Shown: positions 1-8,025 of the stretch, piece by piece | Layout of the letters: each line of letters opens with the position of its first letter | Numbering within the stretch: the first letter of the stretch is position 1 | The notes under the pieces: model-generated | Databases searched by the model: none | What the model saw: only the letters and a program-made list of their open reading frames with translations | Told to the model about the DNA's origin: nothing | Translations under genes and position numbers: made by a program | Assembly (NCBI GenBank): GCA_938015295.1 | Contig: CALLQB010000005.1 | Span: 1 to 64,000 of the forward strand | Direction of reading: 5' to 3' | Length of the DNA stretch: 64,000 bases | From: an uncultured Acidimicrobiales bacterium | GTDB taxonomy: Bacteria > Actinomycetota > Acidimicrobiia > Acidimicrobiales > SHLQ01

Positions 1-13
1 CTCTGAGGATCAA

Positions 14-859
14 GTGAGTACACCCGACCCCGGAAGCGGAGGCGGTGCGGCCACGATGTTGTCGGTTCTTGTGCCGCTGGCCATCATCGCCGGTCTGCTG
101 GCGCTGGCCATCGTGTTACTCCTTGGTCGCGACGAGGCAGAGAGCCCCGGACAGAACGCCACGAGTGCGTCGAGCGCGACCGTTGCGCCCAGTACTGCTG
201 TCCAGAATCCGGATAACTCGTCGCCACCCGCCGCGGTCGGCTCCGCAGAAGCAGTGGCTGCTGAGGCTTCGGCGATCGAACCCGACGTCGATCTGCCAGT
301 GCGGTCGAAGGGGGTCATCGAGACGTTCACCGATGGCGACGCCGATGGCCTGGGCGAAACCGACAATGGTCGTAATTGGGGCGAAGTTGCCGGGCAGTGG
401 GAAGTGCGGCAGGGCGCGGCAGTCCTGGTGACCGACCCGTCAATTCGCAGTATTGCTGTGGTCGACTCCGGCGTCGCCAACGGAGTGATCACGATTGAAT
501 CGGTGGTGACAAAGGCGAAGGCGGGAATCGTTTTCCGCTACGTCGACAAAGACAACTACTGGATGCTCACTGCGGTTCCCACAGCCGGCACCTGGAACGT
601 ACGCAAGGTGGTGGCAGGCGAGGTTGTTGATGTGGCAAACCTCGGCAACGCGAGCACCGGTAATGGCATCCTCTTGTCGGTCGAGCTGCGAGGCGCCGAA
701 ATTGGGATCGGCGTGAACGGTGTTGGCAAGGTCAAGTTCACCGACGAGACCCACCTCGACGGCACCGGCGTAGGCCTCACGGCAACAGGCGACGGCGCAA
801 CGGAAGCGGTGTGGGACAACTTAGTTGTTACCTCAGACCTGTTCTACGGGTTCGGTTAA
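14..859 (+). CDS. membrane-anchored hypothetical protein (N-terminal TM helix, Ser/Ala/Pro-rich linker, beta-rich C-terminal domain)
   Basis: ORF track 281 aa. Hydrophobic segment LSVLVPLAIIAGLLALAIVLLL after a short N-terminus. Gene begins at the window edge, so the start may be truncated or misplaced. Confidence 0.55.
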   Translation: MSTPDPGSGGGAATMLSVLVPLAIIAGLLALAIVLLLGRDEAESPGQNATSASSATVAPSTAVQNPDNSSPPAAVGSAEAVAAEASAIEPDVDLPVRSKGVIETFTDGDADGLGETDNGRNWGEVAGQWEVRQGAAVLVTDPSIRSIAVVDSGVANGVITIESVVTKAKAGIVFRYVDKDNYWMLTAVPTAGTWNVRKVVAGEVVDVANLGNASTGNGILLSVELRGAEIGIGVNGVGKVKFTDETHLDGTGVGLTATGDGATEAVWDNLVVTSDLFYGFG

Positions 860-869
860 TCAGACCCTG

Positions 870-2015
870 ATGGTCGAGTCGAACGCGGCGCACGCAGGTT
901 CGAAGGGTCGAATTGATGGCCTCGATGGCTATCGAGCGGTCGCGTCTATCGCCGTGTTTGTGTTCCATATTCTGTCGAGTTCGGGCTTTAACCAATCGAA
1001 TCCTGCCGGGATTTACACCGCACGTCTGGGCAACCTCGGTGTTGCGATCTTTTTTGTGCTGTCGGGGTTTCTCCTCTACCTGCCGTTCGTGCGGGCCAAT
1101 CTTGCCGAGAAGGACACCCGAACCTTTACCGGGTTTTGGTCGCGACGGTTTCTGCGGGTGTACCCGGCATATTGGGTGGTCATCTTTGTGCAGTTCGTGC
1201 TTCTCGGCGTCAACGTTCCGGCGAATAACGAAGGGCTAGTTGCGCACTTCCTGCTGTTGGGAAACTACGTTGGCAACCACCTTTTCGACGGGCTAGGGGT
1301 GGCGTGGTCGCTCTCGCTTGAGGTGACCTTCTACCTCGCACTGCCGGTGTTTGCGTGGCTTGTCAGAAGGGTCGGGTCGCCGAAGTCGGTGGCCTCGCGG
1401 TACCGAAACGAACTGTTGTGGATCGCTGCACTGGTGCTTTCTGGACCGCTGTTTCGTTTGTGGGTGGTCGAAGCAGGGCTGCCCGCCAATCGGTGGCGAT
1501 GGCTACCCGCGTATGGCGACTGGTTCGGCCTTGGCATGTTGCTGGCGATACTACGAACCCATCTTGAGCGCGGCGGGGTCCTGCCTCGGTTTCTCGCCTT
1601 CCTTGGAGCGCACCCTGGTGTCACGTTTGTGTTGGCTCTGGTGACGCTGTTTCCAACGGCGCACCTTGATCTGCCGCTCAACTTCGCGCCGGTCGATCCG
1701 GATTCTTTCCAGATTCTCACGCTGTTCAACGGTCTTGGAGCCTTCTTGCTGTTGGTTCCCCCGGCGCTTCGCCTCACGCCGCACACCAGTTGGGTGTTTC
1801 AGCCACTCCGTAGCCCGGTGATGGTCTGGCTTGGTGGCCTCTCCTATGGGATTTACCTGTGGCATTGGCTCTGGAACCGTGTCTATGAGGACTATGTGAA
1901 AGAGCACGACTTGGTCGCGAACCTCTTTTCGCAGTTTGTGGTGGTCGGATGCGCGACCTTGCTCACGTCATGGGCGCTTTTCCATCTAGTCGAGAAACCG
2001 TTGCAATCCCGTTAG
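870..2015 (+). CDS. acyltransferase family 3 (integral membrane O-acyltransferase)
   Basis: Multi-TM protein with the typical N-terminal GLDGYRAVASIAVFVFH motif of the acyltransferase-3 / OafA family. Start moved to the in-frame ATG at 870, after the upstream gene's stop at 859. Confidence 0.8.
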   Translation: MVESNAAHAGSKGRIDGLDGYRAVASIAVFVFHILSSSGFNQSNPAGIYTARLGNLGVAIFFVLSGFLLYLPFVRANLAEKDTRTFTGFWSRRFLRVYPAYWVVIFVQFVLLGVNVPANNEGLVAHFLLLGNYVGNHLFDGLGVAWSLSLEVTFYLALPVFAWLVRRVGSPKSVASRYRNELLWIAALVLSGPLFRLWVVEAGLPANRWRWLPAYGDWFGLGMLLAILRTHLERGGVLPRFLAFLGAHPGVTFVLALVTLFPTAHLDLPLNFAPVDPDSFQILTLFNGLGAFLLLVPPALRLTPHTSWVFQPLRSPVMVWLGGLSYGIYLWHWLWNRVYEDYVKEHDLVANLFSQFVVVGCATLLTSWALFHLVEKPLQSR

Positions 2016-2069
2016 CCGGTTGTCGTTGCGCTTTCTGCTGGGTTGATACATCTCCTTTTTCTTGAGGGT

Positions 2070-2120
2070 GCTTCTTCTTTAGCGTGCTTTCTTCTTTAGG
2101 GACCTTTCTTCTTTAGGGAC
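2070..2120. repeat. three tandem 17-bp direct repeats (CTTTCTTCTTTAGGGAC) in an AT-rich intergenic spacer
   Basis: gcttcttctttagcgtg / ctttcttctttagggac / ctttcttctttagggac. Lies between the acyltransferase stop and the next gene. Local GC is far below the window average. Confidence 0.85.
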
Positions 2121-2146
2121 CTTGGCTACACGCCGATCATTTTGGC

Positions 2147-2944
2147 GTGACCTCACCCGACGATGGCGACCTTCTCCCCCGCTCAGCCGAACCCCCTGTG
2201 CCCTCTGTGGCCTCGGTGCCTGGTGTTGTTGAGGAAGATCTCGCCCACAAAACATCTAACGTTGGTTCGGTGAGCCTTCTCGTTGTCCTCCTAGCCGTCG
2301 GAGCGTCGCTCTTTGGGGCGATGCTGGGTGTTGTCGGAACGCTGCGATACGTGGCATCAAATTCTTGCTCGTGCCCAACATCGTCGGCCGCGACACCCGC
2401 TGTACCAACGGTCGATGCCGCAGCGAGTGCCGTTGCGGTTGGCGTGACCTCGACAATTCCGTCTCCGGCGAGTGCTGCCCCGAGCACCACGATCCCTACC
2501 GCTCTGGCCTTCGCCGACGCTGTGGGCTCCGACTCAGCTCAGTGGATGTTGCAGCTCGATCCGAATCGCCCCGAGACCGACGGACTGGTTCTGAAAGGAA
2601 GCGGGGCGGGTAGCAACTATCCGTTGTTGATGATCCGCGATTTCAACAATGCGCCCATCGCCTGGGTCGCTCCGCACGGCGGACTTACGGTCACCGACAA
2701 CATTCGAGTTCGAACCGGTGTGTTTGAGGATGACGGCGTCAGCATGCGTCGCTGGACCGACAGCATCGAGCTCACCGGCCCGGGCGGATTTTCCTGGGAT
2801 GGCGCGACGCTTGTGCAGACAACGGTGGGTGGTGCTGGCGGCGCCGACCCATTGCCCGCAAACCCTGAGTTATGGCTTCGTGTCATCGACAACACCGGGC
2901 CCGAGCCACGGCATCTGGTAATTCCCGCTTTCCTCGAAGAGTAG
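2147..2944 (+). CDS. membrane-anchored hypothetical protein (TM helix plus Ala/Ser/Pro/Thr-rich linker plus globular domain)
   Basis: 265-aa ORF with a GTG start. TM segment VSLLVVLLAVGASLFGAMLGVVGTL. No recognisable catalytic motif. Confidence 0.5.
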   Translation: MTSPDDGDLLPRSAEPPVPSVASVPGVVEEDLAHKTSNVGSVSLLVVLLAVGASLFGAMLGVVGTLRYVASNSCSCPTSSAATPAVPTVDAAASAVAVGVTSTIPSPASAAPSTTIPTALAFADAVGSDSAQWMLQLDPNRPETDGLVLKGSGAGSNYPLLMIRDFNNAPIAWVAPHGGLTVTDNIRVRTGVFEDDGVSMRRWTDSIELTGPGGFSWDGATLVQTTVGGAGGADPLPANPELWLRVIDNTGPEPRHLVIPAFLEE

Positions 2945-3048
2945 TCGGGTACCTGAAAAGGCACCGTCAAAATGTTGTCTTCGTCGTCCTGCGTGGAAGT
3001 ATTTCCCTGTGATTCGCGAAGCAGCGACCTGAACTGGAGCACACGAAC

Positions 3049-3897
3049 ATGGCACGACTCGATGGTGGACACGCGTTGGTGACCGGAGGCGGAACCGGCA
3101 TTGGACTCGGCATTGCCCGTCGCCTTGCCGAAGCCGGAGCGGTGGTCACCATTGCCGGCCGCCGGGTTGAAGTTCTCGACGAAGCCGCCGATCTGCTCCG
3201 TGCAGATATCTCTGGGGCCGAGATCCGCACCGTTGGTTGCGATGTCACCGATGCCGAGAGCACCGAGGCTGCCGCTGCTGCGGCGTCGGACAGCGATGGC
3301 CGGCTCCAGATAGCGGTGGCCAATGCTGGCATGGGCACGGGGGGACCCTTTCTGCTGATGGAAGCCGAGACACTGCGCAACGTGCTCGACATCAACGTGG
3401 TCGGCGCGTTCAATACGATGAAGTCGGCAGGTCTTCGCATGCGCGATAGCGGCGGTTCGATTATCGCCATCTCGTCGATCGCCGGAGCGCTTGGCGGTCG
3501 TTTTCGAGCTGCCTATGGTGCAAGCAAAGCGGGTCTCGACATGATGGTACGGAGCGCCGCCGATGAACTTGGTGGGTTTGGTATTCGCATCAATTCGATT
3601 CGGCCGGGGGTGGTCGAGTCGGAGGCGACTGCACTGATGTTTGAACATATGCCACACGTGATTGACGACTACGTACGGCAGATGCCTCTCGGGTTCGTGG
3701 GCGACCCCGAAGACATCGGCGACGCTGCAGTGTGGTTGGCAAGTAGCGAGAGCCGATGGGTCACGGGCCAACAGATTGCGGTCGATGGCGGACACACGTT
3801 GCGTCGGGCTCCCGACCTCGAAGCAGCGATTCGGGCCCGTTGGGGAGACGAAGCTTTTGCTGCGGTTGTCAAGCCAGGTTTTGGCCCGAACCGGTAA
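3049..3897 (+). CDS. SDR family NAD(P)-dependent oxidoreductase
   Basis: TGGGTGIGLGIA Rossmann motif, overall classical SDR layout. GGAG ribosome-binding site 8 nt upstream of the ATG. Confidence 0.85.
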   Translation: MARLDGGHALVTGGGTGIGLGIARRLAEAGAVVTIAGRRVEVLDEAADLLRADISGAEIRTVGCDVTDAESTEAAAAAASDSDGRLQIAVANAGMGTGGPFLLMEAETLRNVLDINVVGAFNTMKSAGLRMRDSGGSIIAISSIAGALGGRFRAAYGASKAGLDMMVRSAADELGGFGIRINSIRPGVVESEATALMFEHMPHVIDDYVRQMPLGFVGDPEDIGDAAVWLASSESRWVTGQQIAVDGGHTLRRAPDLEAAIRARWGDEAFAAVVKPGFGPNR

Positions 3898-3906
3898 CGT
3901 TGGGCT

Positions 3907-5259
3907 ATGGCCAAAATCACTTTCGTCGGTGCCGGCAGCACCGTCTTCGCAAAGAACCTGCTCGGCGATATTCTCAGTTTGCCTGAACTTGCAGAGTCGA
4001 CGATCGCTCTCCACGACATCGACCAGGTTCGGCTCGACACCTCAGAGATTGTGGCGGGCAAGACTGCTGCCGCGGTCGGCGCAATGCCAACGATTGAGGC
4101 CACCACCGACCGTCGTGCAGCGCTCGAGGGTGCCGACTACGTCATCACGATGTTTCAGGTCGGAGGTTATGAGCCAGCCACCGTCATCGATTTCGATATT
4201 CCGAAGCAGTTTGGGCTTGAGCAAACGATTGCCGACACCCTTGGCATCGGTGGCATCATGCGCGGCTTGCGGACGATTCCGGTGTTACTCGACATCTGCA
4301 CCGACATCGAAAACGTTGCAGGTGACGCAACCTTGCTGAACTACGTCAACCCAATGTCGATGCTCTGTTGGGCGGTCGCTCGCGCGAGCACGGTACCCAC
4401 GGTTGGTCTGTGCCATAGCGTGCAACACACCGCCGAGCAACTGGCGGGCGACCTTGGCGTGCCGGCCGATGAGGTTCGTTACCGGTGCGCCGGTATCAAC
4501 CATATGGCTTTCTATCTCGACTTCGAACGCCAGACTCCCAACGGCCGAGTCGACTTGTATCCCGCCATCGCCGAACGGGCTGATCAACCGGCACCGATGC
4601 GCGGCGACGCTGCCCGCAGCGACGGGGGTATCGAGGGCCTTTCCGATGCGGTTCGATACGAAATGTTCAAACGGCTTGGGTATTTTGTTACCGAGTCGAG
4701 TGAACACTTCAGCGAGTACACGCCATGGTTCATTAAAGAAGGTCGGCCTGATCTGCTCGACAAATTCGGCGTGCCGCTCGATGAGTATCCGCGCCGGTGC
4801 GAGCGTCAGATTGGCCAGTGGGAAGACCTGCGGGCCGAGCTTGAAGATCCCGAGTCGAAGATCGAGGTTGAGCCGAGCGCCGAGTACGGCTCGGGCATCA
4901 TCCACAGCATGGAAACCGATGAACCGCGCGTGATCTATGGCAACGTGCCGAATGACGGCATCATCTCGAATCTGCCCGACGAGTGCATCGTCGAAGTGCC
5001 TTGCCTTGTCGACTCGAACGGTGTGCAGCCCACGGCTATCGGCGCGATTCCGCCGCAACTGGCGGCGTTGATGCAGACCAATATCAACGTGCAATCGCTG
5101 ACGGTTGAGGCCTCGCTTACCGGCAACCGCGACCATGTGTACCACGCGGCGATGCTCGATCCCCATACTGCTGCCGAGCTCGACCTCGATCAGATCTGGG
5201 CGATGGTCGACGCACTCATCGAAGCGCATGGCGACTTCATCCCCGACTCCCTCCGGTAG
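3907..5259 (+). CDS. glycoside hydrolase family 4 (NAD+/Mn2+-dependent alpha-glucosidase/alpha-galactosidase-like)
   Basis: N-terminal KITFVGAGSTVFAKNLLGDI Rossmann motif and a conserved CHSV cysteine motif characteristic of GH4 (MelA/AglA type). 450 aa. Confidence 0.85.
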   Translation: MAKITFVGAGSTVFAKNLLGDILSLPELAESTIALHDIDQVRLDTSEIVAGKTAAAVGAMPTIEATTDRRAALEGADYVITMFQVGGYEPATVIDFDIPKQFGLEQTIADTLGIGGIMRGLRTIPVLLDICTDIENVAGDATLLNYVNPMSMLCWAVARASTVPTVGLCHSVQHTAEQLAGDLGVPADEVRYRCAGINHMAFYLDFERQTPNGRVDLYPAIAERADQPAPMRGDAARSDGGIEGLSDAVRYEMFKRLGYFVTESSEHFSEYTPWFIKEGRPDLLDKFGVPLDEYPRRCERQIGQWEDLRAELEDPESKIEVEPSAEYGSGIIHSMETDEPRVIYGNVPNDGIISNLPDECIVEVPCLVDSNGVQPTAIGAIPPQLAALMQTNINVQSLTVEASLTGNRDHVYHAAMLDPHTAAELDLDQIWAMVDALIEAHGDFIPDSLR

Positions 5260-5421
5260 TCGATCCACCCCGAAATTTTCACGCAAACCCACCGCGCGCG
5301 GTCGCTTTGCGTCAACAGAACGGTTGGGTGGCGGCGCTGCCAGGTTCTCGGTCGGCCCGTAGCGAGCTATCGCTGCTTCGCGAGCTACCGGCCCGCTCGC
5401 CGCGACCGCTAAGTTCGCCAC

Positions 5422-6237
5422 ATGGGAACAGTTGTTATCACCGGCTCAGCGTCGGGTATCGGCGCTGCTACACGAACGCGAGTTGAAGCGGCTGGCCACA
5501 CAGTGGTGGGGGTCGATCTGCGTGACGCCGAGGTACTCGCCGATCTCTCGACCGACGAGGGCCGTTCGGCTGCGCTCGCCGACGTTCTCGAGAGAACCGA
5601 CGGCGTAATCGATGGTCTCGTGACCTCTGCGGGTGTGGGGCCGCCGGTCAACGAACATCTCGTGCTCGATATCAACTGGTTCGGCACCGAGGTGTTTCTC
5701 ACCGGACTTCGCGAGGCCCTCGCGGCCAGCGAAGGGATAGCCAAAGTTGTTGCGGTTTCGTCGAACTCGACAACTACGAGCCCGAACACCCCTGATGAGC
5801 TGATCGATGCTCTGCTTGCGATGGACGGCGCCTCAGCCCATGCCCAGCTCGAGGATCTTGGCGACTTCGTGATCGGCTTTGCCTACGCCGCGTCGAAGAC
5901 CGCGGTTGCCCGGTATGTGCGTCGTCATGCGCCGACACCCGAGTGGGCCGGTTCAGGTATCCGTATGAATGCCGTTGCTCCGGGCGCCACCATGACCCCG
6001 CTTCTCCAGGGAGGGCTCGACGACGAGATGTTTGGCCCGGCGATCAAGGGATTCCCTGTGCCAACCGGTGGTTTTGGTTCGCCCGAACAAATTGCAACGT
6101 GGATCGAAATGATGTTGTCCGATGCTGCCGATTTCATGGCTGGATCGATCGTGTTCGTCGATGGCGGCACCGATGCCATGGTGCGGGCCGATGACTGGCC
6201 TCGCACGTATAACTTCGATATGGGCAGCCTTAGTTAG
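5422..6237 (+). CDS. SDR family oxidoreductase
   Basis: TGSASGIGAA motif near the N-terminus, YxxxK-like catalytic region, 271 aa. Confidence 0.75.
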   Translation: MGTVVITGSASGIGAATRTRVEAAGHTVVGVDLRDAEVLADLSTDEGRSAALADVLERTDGVIDGLVTSAGVGPPVNEHLVLDINWFGTEVFLTGLREALAASEGIAKVVAVSSNSTTTSPNTPDELIDALLAMDGASAHAQLEDLGDFVIGFAYAASKTAVARYVRRHAPTPEWAGSGIRMNAVAPGATMTPLLQGGLDDEMFGPAIKGFPVPTGGFGSPEQIATWIEMMLSDAADFMAGSIVFVDGGTDAMVRADDWPRTYNFDMGSLS

Positions 6238-6253
6238 GTTCGAGCGAACGCGG

Positions 6254-6715
6254 CTACCGCTTGGCGCGTTGCGCCGCCACAATCTGTTCGAGCATTTCGG
6301 TAACTACTGGCAGTTGCGTCTCGTCGACATGGTCGAGGAGGTTTCGGCGCACCGATGCGACGTGCCCGGGTGCCGCCTCGGCAATGGCTTGAAGGCCCGC
6401 GGGCGTGACGACAGCGAAGGTGCTGCGGCGGTCGGCCGGGCATTGCTCACGACAAACGAGACCGCGCTTTTCCATGCGGTCGATGCGTTGGGTGAGACGG
6501 CTTCGTGAATGCACCAATAGCTCGGAGAGTTCGCTCATGCGAAGCCTCATGTCGGGCGCTTCGGTGAGATACACCAAAACTTCGTAGTCGTCGAAGGTCA
6601 GGCCAGCCGACGCCTTGAGGTCGGACTCGAGTTCCTGGTTGATTCGGGTTGTTGCCTCGATGAAGGCCCGCCACAAGCGCATCTCGTCGTCGTTCAGCCA
6701 ATTGGTATCGGGCAT
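6254..6715 (-). CDS. MarR family transcriptional regulator
   Basis: 153 aa. Winged-HTH region (LSELSELLVHSRSRLTQRIDRMEKRGLV) typical of MarR. Divergent from the azoreductase gene. Confidence 0.85.
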   Translation of the reverse strand: MPDTNWLNDDEMRLWRAFIEATTRINQELESDLKASAGLTFDDYEVLVYLTEAPDMRLRMSELSELLVHSRSRLTQRIDRMEKRGLVCREQCPADRRSTFAVVTPAGLQAIAEAAPGHVASVRRNLLDHVDETQLPVVTEMLEQIVAAQRAKR

Positions 6716-6858
6716 GTGTCACAGTATAGCCGTTTCGGGTTGAAATGTTTCAATGTTGAACTATAATGATTCAAACATTAACTATATGGCGACGAAGAAC
6801 CTACACTCATTCGTCCGCTTGACGGTCTCTACCCACCACTTCAGAAAGCAGTACTTCC
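6716..6858. promoter_or_regulatory. AT-rich divergent promoter/operator region between marR and azoR
   Basis: Locally low GC in a high-GC genome. Short inverted repeats TTGAAA-tg-TTTCAA and GTTGAA..TTCAAAC; -10-like TATAAT. Confidence 0.4.
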
Positions 6859-7440
6859 ATGACTTCCATCCTCCGCATTGACTCGAGCACTCGAGGCGCC
6901 GATTCGGTCACCTCCCTTCTTGCAACCGAGTTGATCGACAAACTGCGCACACCGAACTCAACGGTGGTCGAACGCGATCTCACTGGCCCCGTCCCGCTGT
7001 TGTCGGTTGCGAGTACCGCCGAGTTGACGGTTCCGGCCGGCGATCGTTCTTCGGGTGCAGCCAGTGACCTCGCGGTCGCCGACGCCTTGATCGAGGAGCT
7101 CCAGGCCGCTGACGTCATCGTGTTCGCTGCACCGATCTACAACTTTGGCGTGCCTGCGAGTCTCAAGGCGTGGGCCGACCTCGTGGCTCGTGCCGGCACC
7201 ACGTTTGGGTATGGCGAGACAGGACCTGTCGGTCTTCTCGCCGATCGTCCGGTCTACATCGTTGCCGCGAGCGGCGGAACAGAGATTGGCGGTGAACTCG
7301 ACTTCGGAACCCGCTGGCTTCGGCAGTTTCTCGGCTTTCTCGGGTTTCAGAATGTCACTGTCATCGCTGCCAACCACCAAGCAATCGACCCGCAGGGCGG
7401 TCTCGACGACGCCCGACGCCAACTTGCAGCGGTCGCATAA
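6859..7440 (+). CDS. azoR: FMN-dependent NADH-azoreductase
   Basis: 193 aa. N-terminal ILRIDSS and flavodoxin-like fold features of AzoR / ACP-phosphodiesterase-type azoreductases. Confidence 0.8.
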   Translation: MTSILRIDSSTRGADSVTSLLATELIDKLRTPNSTVVERDLTGPVPLLSVASTAELTVPAGDRSSGAASDLAVADALIEELQAADVIVFAAPIYNFGVPASLKAWADLVARAGTTFGYGETGPVGLLADRPVYIVAASGGTEIGGELDFGTRWLRQFLGFLGFQNVTVIAANHQAIDPQGGLDDARRQLAAVA

Positions 7441-7499
7441 CCCGTTCGATCTCAATTAGTGAAACGATACGCATAGACCACCTAACAAGCGAGGCCTCG

Positions 7500-8009
7500 A
7501 TGACCAGCAGCACCCCAATCAAACACGGTGAAGATGTCGACCGCAGCGACGAGTGGGAAATGCTTCGTCAAAAACACCTCCATGCCGATCGTCCGCCGTC
7601 AGCAGCGCAAGGTGTGCACCATCTTGCGCTGCTGTCGAGCGACGTCGAGCGCACCATTGCCTTCTACCAAGACCTCCTTGAGTTCCCGCTCACTGAGCTC
7701 TTCGAGAATCGCGACTATCAGGGTTCGACCCACTTCTTCTTCGACATCGGCAACGGCAACCTTCTTGCCTTCTTCGATTTCCCCGGACTTGACCTGGGGC
7801 CCTACGCCGAAGTGCTGGGTTCAATGCACCACCTGGCCATCTCGGTCTCGCCGGAAAAGCAGGCCTATTTGCGCAAAAAACTCATCGACGCTGGCGTCGA
7901 GATCGCGTTTGAACACGAGACGTCGCTGTACTTCATGGGACCCGACGGCGAACGGCTCGAGTTGTTGGCCGACGACCTCGGACAGATGTACGGCGAGTCG
8001 GTTGGTTAG
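7500..8009 (+). CDS. VOC (glyoxalase/bleomycin resistance/dioxygenase) family protein
   Basis: 169 aa. HHLALLSSDVERTIAFYQDLL and a second beta-alpha-beta-beta-beta module (HHLAISV) typical of VOC proteins. Confidence 0.7.
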   Translation: MTSSTPIKHGEDVDRSDEWEMLRQKHLHADRPPSAAQGVHHLALLSSDVERTIAFYQDLLEFPLTELFENRDYQGSTHFFFDIGNGNLLAFFDFPGLDLGPYAEVLGSMHHLAISVSPEKQAYLRKKLIDAGVEIAFEHETSLYFMGPDGERLELLADDLGQMYGESVG

Positions 8010-8025
8010 CCGCTGAACACTAGCG

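Noticed and set aside
10-492. 160-aa ORF on the minus strand
   Set aside because: It lies entirely antisense to the 14-859 gene. Its Ala/Ser/Pro/Arg-rich composition is typical of out-of-frame or antisense ORFs in high-GC DNA.
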